This document shows positions 45,789 to 56,838 of a stretch of 64,000 nucleotides of DNA, one piece after another. Source of the stretch: an uncultured Dehalococcoidia bacterium (GTDB lineage: Bacteria > Chloroflexota > Dehalococcoidia > Lucifugimonadales > UBA3495); assembly GCA_950072105.1 (NCBI GenBank), contig CATMOE010000003.1, positions 76,938-140,937 on the forward strand, given 5' to 3'. The notes below the pieces were generated by a model. It ran no database searches. It saw nothing but the letters and a program-made list of their open reading frames with translations, and had not been told where the DNA came from. A program made the translations under genes and the position numbers. Numbering within the stretch: position 1 is the stretch's first letter; each line of letters opens with the position of its first letter.

Positions 45789-47258
45789 ATGACAACATCC
45801 AAAGTGATTTCACGGACATCAGCCACGTCCGAGGAGTTGGATACAGATTACAAGTGGGGCTTTACCATCGACATCGACTCGGACTTGGCCCCCAAGGGGT
45901 TGAACGAGGATGTCGTACGGTTGATCTCCGCCAAAAAAGGCGAACCCGAATGGATGCTGGAATGGCGTCTGAAGGCCTTCCGACATTGGCTTAAGCTTAA
46001 CAAAGCGGAACCCAAGTGGGCCAACATTCACCACCCCGAGATCGACTTCGATGACATTTATTACTATGCGGCGCCAAAGTCCAAGGATGACGCCCCCAAA
46101 AGCTTGGACGAAGTAGACCCCGAGATCTTAGAGGCCTTCGAAAAGTTGGGAATACCGCTAGCGGAGCGGGAAAAATTGGCCGGTGTGGCCGTCGACGCGG
46201 TGCTGGACAGTGTGTCGGTGGGCACCACTTACCAGGAATCCCTGGAGAAAGCCGGGGTGATTTTCTGTTCCATGAGCGAAGCCGTCAAGAACCACCCGGA
46301 TCTGGTCAAAAAGTACCTGGGGTCGGTGGTCCCATACGGCGACAACTTCTACGCCACCCTTAACTCCGCCGTATTCAGCGACGGCTCTTTCGCCTACATA
46401 CCCAAAGGTGTGCGCTGCCCGATGGAACTGATGACTTACTTCCGCATCAACCAGGCCGACTCGGGCCAGTTTGAGCGAACTTTGATAATCGCCGAAGAGG
46501 GCGCCTACGTCAGTTACCTGGAAGGCTGCACCGCCCCCGCGCGAAAAACCCACCAACTACACGCCGCGGTGGTGGAGTTGGTGGCCATGGACGATGCCGA
46601 GATCAAGTACTCTACCCTCCAGAACTGGTTCCCCGGGGACAAGGAAGGCAAGGGCGGCGTCTACAACTTCGTCACCAAGCGGGGAATAGCCCAGGGAAAA
46701 AACTCCAAGATTTCCTGGACACAGGTGGAGACCGGCTCGGCCATCACCTGGAAGTATCCCAGTGTGATCCTCAAAGGGGACAACTCGGTGGGCGAGTTCT
46801 ACTCGGTGGCCCTGGTTAACAACTACCAGCAGGCCGACACCGGCACCAAAATGATCCACATCGGGAAAAACACCAAGAGCACCATTGTTGCCAAGGGCAT
46901 CTCGGCGGGACATGGAAGCGCGACTTACCGAGGTCTGGTCAAAATCATGCCATCAGCCGATGGGGCCCGGAATTTTACCCAGTGCGACTCTCTGCTGGTC
47001 GGCGACCAATGTGGCGCCCACACGGTGCCCTATATCGAAGTACGCAACCCAACGGCCCAGATGGAGCACGAAGCCTCCACCTCCAAGGTCAGTGATGAAC
47101 AGGTCTTTTACTGCCAGCAGCGCGGCATCTCGATGGAAGATGCCCATTACATGATAATCAACGGTTTCTGCCGGGGCATCTTCCAGGAACTGCCATTCGA
47201 ATTCGCCATGGAGGCCTCCCAGTTGCTCAAGGTTAGCCTTGAAGGAGCCGTAGGCTAA
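45789..47258 (+). CDS. sufB: Fe-S cluster assembly protein SufB
   Basis: Motifs '[18 protein letters not shown]', 'GQFERTLI', 'YLEGCTAP' and 'QLHAAVVE'. Confidence 0.96.
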   Translation: MTTSKVISRTSATSEELDTDYKWGFTIDIDSDLAPKGLNEDVVRLISAKKGEPEWMLEWRLKAFRHWLKLNKAEPKWANIHHPEIDFDDIYYYAAPKSKDDAPKSLDEVDPEILEAFEKLGIPLAEREKLAGVAVDAVLDSVSVGTTYQESLEKAGVIFCSMSEAVKNHPDLVKKYLGSVVPYGDNFYATLNSAVFSDGSFAYIPKGVRCPMELMTYFRINQADSGQFERTLIIAEEGAYVSYLEGCTAPARKTHQLHAAVVELVAMDDAEIKYSTLQNWFPGDKEGKGGVYNFVTKRGIAQGKNSKISWTQVETGSAITWKYPSVILKGDNSVGEFYSVALVNNYQQADTGTKMIHIGKNTKSTIVAKGISAGHGSATYRGLVKIMPSADGARNFTQCDSLLVGDQCGAHTVPYIEVRNPTAQMEHEASTSKVSDEQVFYCQQRGISMEDAHYMIINGFCRGIFQELPFEFAMEASQLLKVSLEGAVG

Positions 47259-48050
47259 ATGGCTCAAGACGTGGAGTCCGGCGGACAGACCCTTCTGGAT
47301 GTACGGGGCCTCAGAGCTTCGGTGGCAGGCCTGGAGATACTCAAAGGGGTGGACCTTACCGTCAAGACCGGCGAGGTTCACGCTATCATGGGCCCCAACG
47401 GGTCCGGTAAAAGCACTTTGGCCAATGTTCTGGCCGGAAAGCCCGATTATCAGGTAACCAGTGGCCAGGTTCTTTACCAGGGCGCGGACCTGCTGTCGAT
47501 GGAACCGGAGATCAGGGCCAGGCTGGGGGTTTTTCTCGCCTTCCAATATCCCGTAGAGCTTCCCGGTGTCCGGGCCTGGCAATTCCTCAAGGCCGCAGTG
47601 GACGCTCAGCGGGAGCACGCCGGAGAAGAAGAGTTAAGCGCCCGGGCCTTTGACCGTATGCTTAAGGAAAAGGTTGAGTTGGTTGAGATTGACCCTGAGC
47701 TGGTGAAAAGGGCAGTTAACGAAGGGTTCTCCGGTGGCGAGAAGAAGCGTAACGAAATCTTGCAGATGGCCGTGCTACAACCCAAGCTGGCTATCCTGGA
47801 CGAGACCGATTCCGGGCTGGACATCGACGCTCTGCGCATCGTGGCCGACGGGGTCAATAAGCTACGTAACTCGTCCAACGCCGTCGTTCTGGTGACCCAC
47901 TACCAGCGGATCCTCAACTATATTACCCCCGACCAAGTCCACGTCCTGATAGACGGCCGCATCGTGCGTTCCGGAGGCCCCGAACTGGCCCATGAATTGG
48001 AAGAGCGGGGTTACGACTGGATCAAGGAAGCCGTCGATGCCGGCGTGTAA
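47259..48050 (+). CDS. sufC: Fe-S assembly ATPase SufC
   Basis: Motifs 'GPNGSGKST', 'FQYPVE', 'GFSGGEKKRNE' and 'DETDSGLDIDAL'. Confidence 0.96.
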   Translation: MAQDVESGGQTLLDVRGLRASVAGLEILKGVDLTVKTGEVHAIMGPNGSGKSTLANVLAGKPDYQVTSGQVLYQGADLLSMEPEIRARLGVFLAFQYPVELPGVRAWQFLKAAVDAQREHAGEEELSARAFDRMLKEKVELVEIDPELVKRAVNEGFSGGEKKRNEILQMAVLQPKLAILDETDSGLDIDALRIVADGVNKLRNSSNAVVLVTHYQRILNYITPDQVHVLIDGRIVRSGGPELAHELEERGYDWIKEAVDAGV

Positions 48051-48074
48051 TCCCTCTGGGCTGGCGCTCCGTTC

Positions 48075-49439
48075 ATGACTCAAACATCTATGAAACTCCA
48101 AACCTACCGGACCGGCTTCGACGCGTTGCTGCAGGAAGCCGAAGCCACGGATCCTCAGTGGCTCACTGACCTGCGCCGGGAGGCCTGGTCCCGGTTCAAC
48201 AAGTTGGGGTTTCCCACCGCCCGCCGGGGCAATGAGAAGTGGAAGTACACCAGCGTCCGTCCTCTGGCGGCAGCCAACTTTGACAGTCCGCTCGTGATAA
48301 ATCCTCCGGAGAATATCAACGTCGCGGATCTGCGCCGAGTGGCCCCCTGGAACGACGCATGGACCAACCTGGTTTTCCTGGACGGACACTTTGCCGGTTA
48401 CCTTTCAAATCTATCAAACCTAGAGAACGGCGCCGGCCAGATCACGGTAACCAACCTCGCCGATGCCATCGCCTCGGGTAACCCGGATGTCCAGAGCCAA
48501 TTAGCCAAGCACGCTGACACGGACGATGACGGGTTCACGGCCCTGAACACCGCGTTTTTGCGTGACGGGGCGTTCGTAAATATTCCCGCCGGTCGTATCG
48601 CCGATGCTCCGGTGCACTTGATCTTTGCCACCACCGGCCAGTTTGAACATGCGGCCTCTTACCCCCGCACACTGTTGCTCGCGGGGGCTAACTCCCGTGT
48701 AACCGTGTTGGAAAGCTACGTGAGCCTTGCCCAAGCCCCTTACTTCACCAACGCCGTCACCGAGATCGTTCTTGAAGATGGCGCCCAGGTTGAGCACTAC
48801 CGGCTGCTGCTGGAGAGCGCCGATGCGTTTCACGTCGGTACCAGCCGGGTGCATCAAAGCAAAGACAGCACTATCTCGTCCGCCTCCTTCGCCAAAGGCG
48901 CGGCTATGGCCCGGCAGGACGTTCAGGTAATCTTGGACGCCCCCGGCGCGTCTTGCTCGCTCAACGGCCTGTACATGACCAGCGGCGAGCAACACATCGA
49001 CAACTTGATCAACATCGACCATGCCAAGCCGTATACCAAAAGCCGGCTGTTCTACAAAGGGATTCTGGACGGCAAGTCCAAAGCGGTTTTTGGCGGCACT
49101 GTCTTGGTCCGGAAGGACGCCCAGAAGACCGACGCCCAGCAGACCGACAAAAACTTGCTTCTCTCTCGCCAGGCGGAAGTAGACAGCAAGCCCAGTTTGC
49201 TGATCTACGCCGACGACGTTCAGTGCGCCCACGGGGCCACGGCGGGTCACATCGATAAAGACACCCTGTTCTACATGCAAAGCCGGGGTCTGGACCGGGA
49301 GACCGCCAGCCGCATCTTGATCCACGCGTTCGCCAGCCAAATCATCGACACAGTGGAGCTCGAACCCTTGCGAGATTATCTAGATGACCTTTTCCTCGCT
49401 GCGATACCAACCGCCAGTCTTGAATTTGGGAGTCGATAA
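48075..49439 (+). CDS. sufD: Fe-S assembly protein SufD
   Basis: Motifs 'EKWKYT', 'ALNTAF' and 'KPSLLIYADDVQCAHGAT'. Confidence 0.95.
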   Translation: MTQTSMKLQTYRTGFDALLQEAEATDPQWLTDLRREAWSRFNKLGFPTARRGNEKWKYTSVRPLAAANFDSPLVINPPENINVADLRRVAPWNDAWTNLVFLDGHFAGYLSNLSNLENGAGQITVTNLADAIASGNPDVQSQLAKHADTDDDGFTALNTAFLRDGAFVNIPAGRIADAPVHLIFATTGQFEHAASYPRTLLLAGANSRVTVLESYVSLAQAPYFTNAVTEIVLEDGAQVEHYRLLLESADAFHVGTSRVHQSKDSTISSASFAKGAAMARQDVQVILDAPGASCSLNGLYMTSGEQHIDNLINIDHAKPYTKSRLFYKGILDGKSKAVFGGTVLVRKDAQKTDAQQTDKNLLLSRQAEVDSKPSLLIYADDVQCAHGATAGHIDKDTLFYMQSRGLDRETASRILIHAFASQIIDTVELEPLRDYLDDLFLAAIPTASLEFGSR

Positions 49440-50674
49440 TGACAACTAACGTCTCCGGTTTGGACGTGGCGCGGATCCGGGAAGATTTCCCGGTGCTTCA
49501 TCAGATGGTGAATGGCAAACCCTTGGTCTATCTGGACAATGCCGCCACCACCCAGAAACCCCAGGTAGTCATCGACGCACTGGTTAATTACTATACCTCG
49601 GACAACTCCAACGTCCACCGGGGCGTGCACACCCTTAGTCAACGCGCCACCGAGGACTTCGACATGGGTAGGAGCAAGGCGAGGCAGTTCCTTAACGCGG
49701 CCTCCGACCAAGAGATTATATTCGTGAAGGGCACCACCGACGGAATCAATCTGGTAGCCCAGAGTTATGCACGCCCGAACCTGGGAGAGGGAGATGACAT
49801 TATCATCTCCACCATGGAGCATCACTCTAACATCATCCCTTGGCAGGTTCTGTGCCAGGAAAAGGGTGCCCACCTGCGCGTCATTCCCATCAGTGACGCC
49901 GGTGAGTTGCTGATCGACGAATACGAAAAAATGTTGACTCCACGGACCAAGCTGGTGGCGATCACCCATGTTTCAAACGTGTTGGGGACCGTCAATCCCA
50001 TCGATCAGATCGTGGAGATCGCTCATACCCGGGGAGTACCGGTAATGGTTGACGGAGCCCAGGCAGTTCCCCACATGGCGGTGGATGTACAGAAGTTGGA
50101 TTGCGACTTCTACGTTTTCTCCGGCCATAAGATTTACGGCCCCACCGGCATCGGTGTCCTTTATGGCAAGGCCGAACTCCTCGATGCGATGCCGCCTTAC
50201 CAACTGGGCAGCGAAATGATAAAGTCGGTCACCTTCGAACACACGATCTACAACGACCTGCCCTTCAAGTTCGAGCCGGGCACGCCCCACATCGCCGGTG
50301 TGATTGGAATGGGCGTGGCTATCGATTACCTGAACGGCATAGGATTGGACCGGATCGATGCCTACGAGCACGAATTGTTGGAATACGGCATGGAGTGCCT
50401 TTCCGGTATAGGCGGCGTTCAGCTCATCGGTACCGCTCCGGGAAAATCCAGCGTAATGTCCTTCGTCATGGATTGCGCCCACCCCCACGACATCGGCACC
50501 ATCCTAGACACCGAAGGCGTTGCCGTACGCACCGGGCATCATTGCGCCCAACCCCTCATGCACCGGTTCGGGGTGCCTGCCACCGCCCGGGCATCTTTGT
50601 CCTTCTACAACACGAAAGATGAGATAGACCTTTTGGTTAAGGCGATCGACCGGGTCATCGAGGTCTTCAGTTAA
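49439..50674 (+). CDS. sufS: Cysteine desulfurase SufS
   Basis: Motifs 'YLDNAATTQKP', 'SGHKIYGPTG' and 'RTGHHCAQP'. Confidence 0.96.
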   Translation: MTTNVSGLDVARIREDFPVLHQMVNGKPLVYLDNAATTQKPQVVIDALVNYYTSDNSNVHRGVHTLSQRATEDFDMGRSKARQFLNAASDQEIIFVKGTTDGINLVAQSYARPNLGEGDDIIISTMEHHSNIIPWQVLCQEKGAHLRVIPISDAGELLIDEYEKMLTPRTKLVAITHVSNVLGTVNPIDQIVEIAHTRGVPVMVDGAQAVPHMAVDVQKLDCDFYVFSGHKIYGPTGIGVLYGKAELLDAMPPYQLGSEMIKSVTFEHTIYNDLPFKFEPGTPHIAGVIGMGVAIDYLNGIGLDRIDAYEHELLEYGMECLSGIGGVQLIGTAPGKSSVMSFVMDCAHPHDIGTILDTEGVAVRTGHHCAQPLMHRFGVPATARASLSFYNTKDEIDLLVKAIDRVIEVFS

Positions 50675-51123
50675 TGCCCGGTCTAAATGACCTTTACCAG
50701 GAGATCCTCCTGGATCACAACAGCAAGCCCCGGAACTTCCGCAAACTTGAAGAAGCTAACCGGTCCGCCGATGGCTACAATCCCCTGTGCGGCGATCAGA
50801 TCCAGCTATATCTTCAGGTGGAAGACGACAAAATCATCGACGTGAGTTTCCAGGGAATCGGCTGCGCTATCTCCCGCGCCTCGGCCTCGATGCTAACCCA
50901 GAGCGTCAAAGGCCAGAGCGTAGAGCGTGCTCAAGAGATATTCGACGCCTTTCATACCATGCTGACCGAACCGGACGCTGAACTGGATTACGACACTCTT
51001 GACGACCTGGAATGTCTGGCCGGGGTCTCCGAGTTCCCAACCCGCATCAAGTGCGCCGTGCTAGCCTGGCACACCCTTCGTGCCGCTCTGGACGGCAAGG
51101 CTGAGGGTGTCACCACCGAGTAA
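50674..51123 (+). CDS. sufU: SufU (NifU-like) sulfur-transfer protein
   Basis: Motifs 'LYQEILLDH', 'NPLCGD', 'GCAISRASAS' and 'RIKCA'. Confidence 0.93.
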   Translation: MPGLNDLYQEILLDHNSKPRNFRKLEEANRSADGYNPLCGDQIQLYLQVEDDKIIDVSFQGIGCAISRASASMLTQSVKGQSVERAQEIFDAFHTMLTEPDAELDYDTLDDLECLAGVSEFPTRIKCAVLAWHTLRAALDGKAEGVTTE

Positions 51124-51215
51124 CCGGTAGCCGATAGATCTCTGAAGCACCTGGTATCAGCCCCTCTCCTCAATCACCCGTGATCCGGCATGTATGATAA
51201 GCTTGAGGCATAGCC

Positions 51216-51680
51216 ATGCCCAACCTACCCGATGTCCCCCTACAAGGTCTCTACGGCGACCTGATACTCGACCATTACCGCAATCCGCGCCACCGCACGG
51301 CGGTTTCTCATGCCGACGTGGAGGCCGAAGAATTCAATCCATTTTGCGGTGACCGGGTAATTTTGCAGTTCAGATTAGACGGCCAAGGGCGCATCGTTGA
51401 GGCCGGCGCCCAGTCGGAAGGCTGTTCCATAATCCAGGCTTCGGCGTCGATGCTGGCGGACATAGCATTGGGAAGGTCTGTAGCGGAGTTGGCGGGCCTA
51501 TCTCAGTTGTTCCGAAACATGATGAGTGGCGAAACTTCGATTGGTGAACCGGAAGACGAATTGGGAGACCTGCACTCGCTGCAAGTCGTGCGCCAGTTCC
51601 CGGTGCGGATCAAATGCGCCCTGTTGCCATGGACTGCCCTTGAGATAGGGATCGAAGGCTTCCGGTCCAAGAATAGTTAG
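51216..51680 (+). CDS. Second SufU-like protein
   Basis: Motifs 'LYGDLILDHYRNPR', 'NPFCGD', 'GCSIIQASAS' and 'RIKCA'. Confidence 0.88.
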   Translation: MPNLPDVPLQGLYGDLILDHYRNPRHRTAVSHADVEAEEFNPFCGDRVILQFRLDGQGRIVEAGAQSEGCSIIQASASMLADIALGRSVAELAGLSQLFRNMMSGETSIGEPEDELGDLHSLQVVRQFPVRIKCALLPWTALEIGIEGFRSKNS

Positions 51681-51707
51681 TCTGCCAGGCTTGAGCGTGG
51701 TTTGGGC

Positions 51708-53507
51708 CTAGCGGTCCAACCAAACCCTGGACCAGTAGTTGTACTCGGAAAGCGCCGTGTTCGGGTAAAACCCCTTGACCTCGGGATCGAACACCCACTT
51801 GGAAGCGCCGGTAACTGGGCTGAATAAGTAGGCCTGGTCTAGAACGTGGCGCTGTATGTCTCGAAGCTGTGTCCGCCGCCGCGCCGGGTTAAACTCCACC
51901 GCCTGTCTCTCGATCATGCCGTCCAGTGTGGCGTCTTGATGACCGGCGATATTCCAACGTCCGCCGCTGTGCAGCAGAGTCAACAAAAAACTGTTGGTCG
52001 TTGACGTAGGAGGCAGCACGCCCAGCGCTACCTGGTAATCCTTATTTTCAGCGGCTACTGCTTCCTGGAACCTTGCTGGGTCGAGCCGCCGAATCTTTGG
52101 GTTGAAACCTACCGCCATCAAGTCCGCGGCGACCCGTTTCTCCAAGTCCAGGTAAACGTTCCCAAATTTCTCGGTGCGCACGGTTAACTCAATATCTACC
52201 GGCTGACGGTTTCCCCAAGCAGCGACCAGTTTCCGGGCGGTGGTGGGGTCGGCGAAATACTTCTGACGGATGTCATCCCGGCTCAGGAGCCAATCTGGGC
52301 TCTGCACCGGGATGCCCACGCTGGCATAACCCTGACCGGCAAATATGGTGTCCGTGTAATCCCAGGGGTCCATCGCCTTGAAGATTGCTTGGCGCACTTC
52401 CAGGCTGCTCAATGGGGATGCTTGAACGTTCAACGACAGCATCACGCCGGTGCCCGACTGTCGGGAAAGAATCGATTTGAAAGCCTTTCCGCTGTCTTTC
52501 AACGCCGGCCATTGGCTGGGGGGCGCTTGCGCCACGTCCACCTGACCGGCCAGGAAGGCGGCCAGCCGTTCTTCGCTGCCCGAACGGTCCAACTCAGATT
52601 GTTTGATCACCTGGATAACCAATTGGTCAAGGAAAGGCAATCCCTTTTTGGGGCTGGCGGGATTCCGGACTAGGGACATGGCCATATCCTTGCCAGTCTC
52701 CTCCCAGATCCAGGGACCCGTGCCCACGACCGGGCTGGTCTTTAAGTCACCGTATTCCTCAACCACCTCCCGGGCCACTATCTTGCTGTGCCCGTCCGCC
52801 AGCGCCAACAGAACATCCGCGTCCGGAGAAGCCAATTCGATCCGTAGGGTCTCGTCATCCAACGCCTCGACGCTCCGGATGGCGGAAAGGAGACCCGCGT
52901 TGGGCCAACCCGGCGTACGAATACGTTCGTAGCTGAATGCCAGGTCATCGGCTACTAAAAGGCGGCCATTCACCGGCGCGATGTTGTGCCAACGTACATC
53001 GGGCCGCAGTCGAAATTCGAAGGCTAGATCGGGGGTCATCTCCCAGCTTTGGCAAAGATCGCACTCCAAGCGCAGGCTGGGCTGATCGAATTCCGGACCC
53101 ACCCGCAACCGGAGCAGGCGGCTATAAGCCAACCCCGGACCCATGGAGGTAACCATCTCCTGTACCGTTTGGTGGACGTCCCGGTGAGGGATCCCGGCGA
53201 ATCCGGCGACCTGCAGAGACCCTCCGTACTTTCCCTGGGGTATTGGGGATACAACGGGAGTCGCCGTAGGGGCGGCGGCTATCACCAGGATCGGCGCCGG
53301 GGTCGCGGACGGCGACGGCGGCGGCACAGCTTTAGAAGCGAGCGTAGGAAGGCTGGTTGGTTGGACAGTAGGAACGGGCGTTGGGGAGGCTGGCCCCGCG
53401 ATTGCGATAGCGACGGTTTTGGGCGCCGGCGTGCCGTTGGAACAAGCGATCTCCAACAGGATGATTCCCGTAAGCGCCACCGTACCGAACCTTTTCAGAT
53501 ACCTCAT
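51708..53507 (-). CDS. ABC transporter substrate-binding lipoprotein, family 5
   Basis: Start MRYLKRFG, lipobox-like 'LEIAC', Pro/Thr linker, 'KYGGSL', 'FRLRPDVRWHN' and 'VGTGPW'. Confidence 0.88.
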   Translation of the reverse strand: MRYLKRFGTVALTGIILLEIACSNGTPAPKTVAIAIAGPASPTPVPTVQPTSLPTLASKAVPPPSPSATPAPILVIAAAPTATPVVSPIPQGKYGGSLQVAGFAGIPHRDVHQTVQEMVTSMGPGLAYSRLLRLRVGPEFDQPSLRLECDLCQSWEMTPDLAFEFRLRPDVRWHNIAPVNGRLLVADDLAFSYERIRTPGWPNAGLLSAIRSVEALDDETLRIELASPDADVLLALADGHSKIVAREVVEEYGDLKTSPVVGTGPWIWEETGKDMAMSLVRNPASPKKGLPFLDQLVIQVIKQSELDRSGSEERLAAFLAGQVDVAQAPPSQWPALKDSGKAFKSILSRQSGTGVMLSLNVQASPLSSLEVRQAIFKAMDPWDYTDTIFAGQGYASVGIPVQSPDWLLSRDDIRQKYFADPTTARKLVAAWGNRQPVDIELTVRTEKFGNVYLDLEKRVAADLMAVGFNPKIRRLDPARFQEAVAAENKDYQVALGVLPPTSTTNSFLLTLLHSGGRWNIAGHQDATLDGMIERQAVEFNPARRRTQLRDIQRHVLDQAYLFSPVTGASKWVFDPEVKGFYPNTALSEYNYWSRVWLDR

Positions 53508-53806
53508 GCCACAACTCCTGCTTCGTCCGCCATGGCCGACAGATGATGAGGGCAACCGTCAGCCCGTTAGATCCGAACGGTCCGATTCGCGGAGATGTGC
53601 CAATGGCATGCGTGACCGTCGGATCAGTCAATTATAGAAGGAGGGAGTTACCAAGTTCAACAATATCGCATACGGGATACGAGCAAATTCCGAGGTTTAC
53701 GGGCCTTGGCCGCGAAATGAATGGTGGCAAAAGAGCGACGTATTCCTGGGATTAGCCGACTGAAACGCTCCGCTGCGGGGACAAAACGACGCCCGGAAAC
53801 AGGAAG

Positions 53807-54322
53807 TTAACTCTCTGACTTGCTGGAGCGGACCAGGCCCTTCAAGTAGGCGATATGGCCTTGATGTTGATATACCTCGCCAATCACCTGGCGGAATATC
53901 GCGCCCACCGACATTTCGGGCCGCTGCTCCCTGGGGACTACGTCAAAGTCCTCAGGGCTTAGCCCCTTCAAATATGCCAACGTCTCGGCGCGGACCGCGT
54001 CGCCGTAGCGCAACAGTTCGGCCAGATCCAGCACAGGAAAGTTGTCTACCTGCTCCTGGGTGTGGCCGAAACCGTTGTCCCGGGTGGGCAGGCCGAACTT
54101 CTCGTTCCATCCGTCCTTCTCCCAGATTTCCGTCTGACGCTGGATGAAAAACTGGAACCACATATCTTCCACGCGGAGCATGTGCCAAAGGATCCAGCCC
54201 ATGGGGTTCGCCTCGGGCCCAGGCCGCCAAGCCAACTCTTCCGAGGTCAGGTCCTGAACCGCTTCCATCAGGAATTCATGTTCCACCCTGAAAGCGTCCT
54301 CGATAAAATCGTTAAGGGTCAT
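53807..54322 (-). CDS. DinB family protein
   Basis: Motifs 'LAWRP..EANPMGWILWH..RVED' and 'QHQGHIAYLKG'. ATG 54322 follows AGGAG. Confidence 0.85.
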   Translation of the reverse strand: MTLNDFIEDAFRVEHEFLMEAVQDLTSEELAWRPGPEANPMGWILWHMLRVEDMWFQFFIQRQTEIWEKDGWNEKFGLPTRDNGFGHTQEQVDNFPVLDLAELLRYGDAVRAETLAYLKGLSPEDFDVVPREQRPEMSVGAIFRQVIGEVYQHQGHIAYLKGLVRSSKSES

Positions 54323-54505
54323 GATTTCTCTCCTTGTCCGGTGGTCCATGACCCGTACTGTACCAGGCTAATTGTTCGGCTGCCAGTTTCTCATTGCGCG
54401 TTGGTCTGGTCTCGCTTGCCGTGCCTACACTGAGCGCCTATGCTAAACTGCGGTTCAAGCCTGATCGGCATGGCCGCCGAAGGTCCCCAATCAAGGAGCA
54501 CAAGG

Positions 54506-55573
54506 ATGGCCGGAACATTAATCACTGAAGAAGTCCTGGCCCTTATCGGCCAGGAAACCACCCCGGAACGAAACCGCTTTCCGATCAGCGGCGAGATGGC
54601 CTGGGATGTGGCCGATGCCATTCAGGACCCGAACCCTCTATATACCGACCCGGAGCTAGCTCAGAAAAGCCGGTTCGGCGGTTTGATATGCCCGCCTCTG
54701 GCGACTTGGAAGGACATCGCTCCGCCCATAGGCTACTTCGGCGCAGGACAGGAATCCCACTTTCAGGTTCCCCTCCCATTTAATAGCTACGGTCTCAACG
54801 GCGGTATCGACTGGCAGTTCCTCCGTCCGGCCTATGTGGGCAGTTGGATTACTCGGGGGTCGCGCATTCTGGACATATATGAGAAGCAGGGCCGTTCCGG
54901 TCCTTTGGTGTTTGTGGTGCGGCAGGAGACCCAGACCAATCAGGACGGCCAAGAGGTTAATCAGGCCAAGCACGTAAGTATCCACCGGGGTCTACCCGCC
55001 GGTGAAGAACCCCTAGAAATCGCCAACGTTACCGACAATCTTGAGCCGGTCCACGTCTCTCCGCCCGATCCCGGAGTGGTGATTCCCAAACCACCGAAAG
55101 AAGTTCAAACACAACGGTACTTCGAAGATATCACTGTGGGAGAGACCCTGATGCCGGTAGTGAAAGGTCCAATCACCACCACCCACCTGGTGCGTTGGGC
55201 GGCGGCCAACGGCAACTACGCCCGCATCCATTGGGACCTGCCCTTCGCCCAGCTTCGCCAAGGACTGGCCAACGTGGTGGTCAATGGCTCGCTGAAGAAC
55301 CAATACCTGGGCCAGTTGTTGACCGACTTCGCGGGCGTTGAAGGGTGGCTCAAGCGATTCTCGGTTCAGCACCGGGGCATGGACTATCCGGGTGACGTTC
55401 TGACGGCTTCGGGAGCAGTTACCGGAAAGCGGGAGGCTGATGGCTACGGGTACGTGGACTGTACGGTGGTCTTGGACAACAGCCGGGGAGGGCAGACGGC
55501 GGCGGGCCAGGCCACCGTGATCCTTCCCAAACGGGGTCAGACGCTGCCCTTGGTCTGGGAAGCGGAAGAATGA
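54506..55573 (+). CDS. Double hot-dog MaoC-like dehydratase (fused N- and C-subunits)
   Basis: Motifs 'DPNPLY', 'LNGG.DWQFLRP', 'YEKQGRSGPL' and 'RYFEDI...GNYARIHWD...NG'. ATG 54506 follows AAGGAG. Confidence 0.85.
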   Translation: MAGTLITEEVLALIGQETTPERNRFPISGEMAWDVADAIQDPNPLYTDPELAQKSRFGGLICPPLATWKDIAPPIGYFGAGQESHFQVPLPFNSYGLNGGIDWQFLRPAYVGSWITRGSRILDIYEKQGRSGPLVFVVRQETQTNQDGQEVNQAKHVSIHRGLPAGEEPLEIANVTDNLEPVHVSPPDPGVVIPKPPKEVQTQRYFEDITVGETLMPVVKGPITTTHLVRWAAANGNYARIHWDLPFAQLRQGLANVVVNGSLKNQYLGQLLTDFAGVEGWLKRFSVQHRGMDYPGDVLTASGAVTGKREADGYGYVDCTVVLDNSRGGQTAAGQATVILPKRGQTLPLVWEAEE

Positions 55574-56769
55574 CGCCGTTAGGTCTCTTGGATGGTATCC
55601 GGGTGTTGGACCTGGGCACCGAAGTATCCGGTCCATTTTGCGCCAAGCTTCTGGCTGATTATGGAGCTGACGTCATCAAAGTTGAGTTGCCCGGCGTGGG
55701 AGACCCTGCCAGGCGCATGGGCCCCTTCGCCGGTGACGACCCCCACCCGGAAAAGAGCATTCCCTTCCTTTATATAAACACCAACAAGCGCGGCGTTACC
55801 CTGGACACCCGCAATCCCACTGGAAGAGGGTTGTTGGAGGCGCTCCTCCAAACGGCCGATGTCCTGGTGGAAAATGTTCCGCCGGCCCATGCCGAAGATC
55901 TGGGACTGGACTACGCCGAATTGACCCGGAATAACCCCGGCCTGGTGGTTACATCTATAACGGCTTTCGGCCAGAGCGGACCCTATCGGGACTATTCGGC
56001 GACCGACTTGGTGAATTGCGCCTTCAGCGGACTGATGTATCACACCGGAGATTCGGACCGGGAACCGCTGCGCAACTCCCTCAACCAATCCCTGTACGTC
56101 GCCGGGATCAACGCCGCCGTGGCGACGTCCGCGGCCCTGCTCCACCGGATGGCCACCGGACGGGGCCAGCACGTGGACGTGTCGGCTGTGGAGTGTTTGG
56201 CGGCCCATCTGGTGCAACCGGTCCCTTACTACACGTATATGGGAGCGATAAAAGGCCGCCGTCCCGTGCGAGGCTCGGGCTTCGAAGAGTTGATGCCCGC
56301 CCGCGATGGTTACGTGATCCCGTCGGTCCAGGGGTCCCAACCTTGGTCGGCCATAGCCGGCCTCATTGGATTGGAAGAACTTCATGACCAGCGGTTTGCC
56401 ACCGGCTCCGGCCGCATCGAACACGGTGAAGAGTTGAAGCAACTCCTGATCCAAGGCCTGGCGGAATGGGACCGTAAACCGTTATTTGAAGCGTCAGGCG
56501 AGAGCCGGTTGGTCTTCGGTATGGCTCAAGACGCCGGGGACCTTTTCAATTGTCCTCAACTCCGGGAGCGGGACTTTTTCGTTGAGGTCGACCATCCGGT
56601 AGCGGGCCGTGCCGAATACCCCGGCATGGGACCTAGGCTGTCCGGAGGAGTCTATGAGATTCGCCGGCCGGCGCCCTTATTGGGTCAGCACAACACTGAA
56701 GTGTATCGGGACGAGCTGGGCTATTCCTCGCAAGACCTAGTGGTTCTCATGGCGTCGGGTGTGATTTGA
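55570..56769 (+). CDS. Class III CoA-transferase family subunit (apparently lacking catalytic Asp)
   Basis: Motifs 'GIRVLDL', 'ADYGADVIKVE', 'NTNKRG', 'ITAFGQSGP' and 'APLLGQHN'. Confidence 0.88.
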   Translation: MTPLGLLDGIRVLDLGTEVSGPFCAKLLADYGADVIKVELPGVGDPARRMGPFAGDDPHPEKSIPFLYINTNKRGVTLDTRNPTGRGLLEALLQTADVLVENVPPAHAEDLGLDYAELTRNNPGLVVTSITAFGQSGPYRDYSATDLVNCAFSGLMYHTGDSDREPLRNSLNQSLYVAGINAAVATSAALLHRMATGRGQHVDVSAVECLAAHLVQPVPYYTYMGAIKGRRPVRGSGFEELMPARDGYVIPSVQGSQPWSAIAGLIGLEELHDQRFATGSGRIEHGEELKQLLIQGLAEWDRKPLFEASGESRLVFGMAQDAGDLFNCPQLRERDFFVEVDHPVAGRAEYPGMGPRLSGGVYEIRRPAPLLGQHNTEVYRDELGYSSQDLVVLMASGVI

Positions 56770-56838
56770 TCGATTCAAAGCCGAACGGGATGACCGCTGC
56801 CTTGGTTTCCTGAAAGGCTGCCTTATCGCGGGTGAAAG

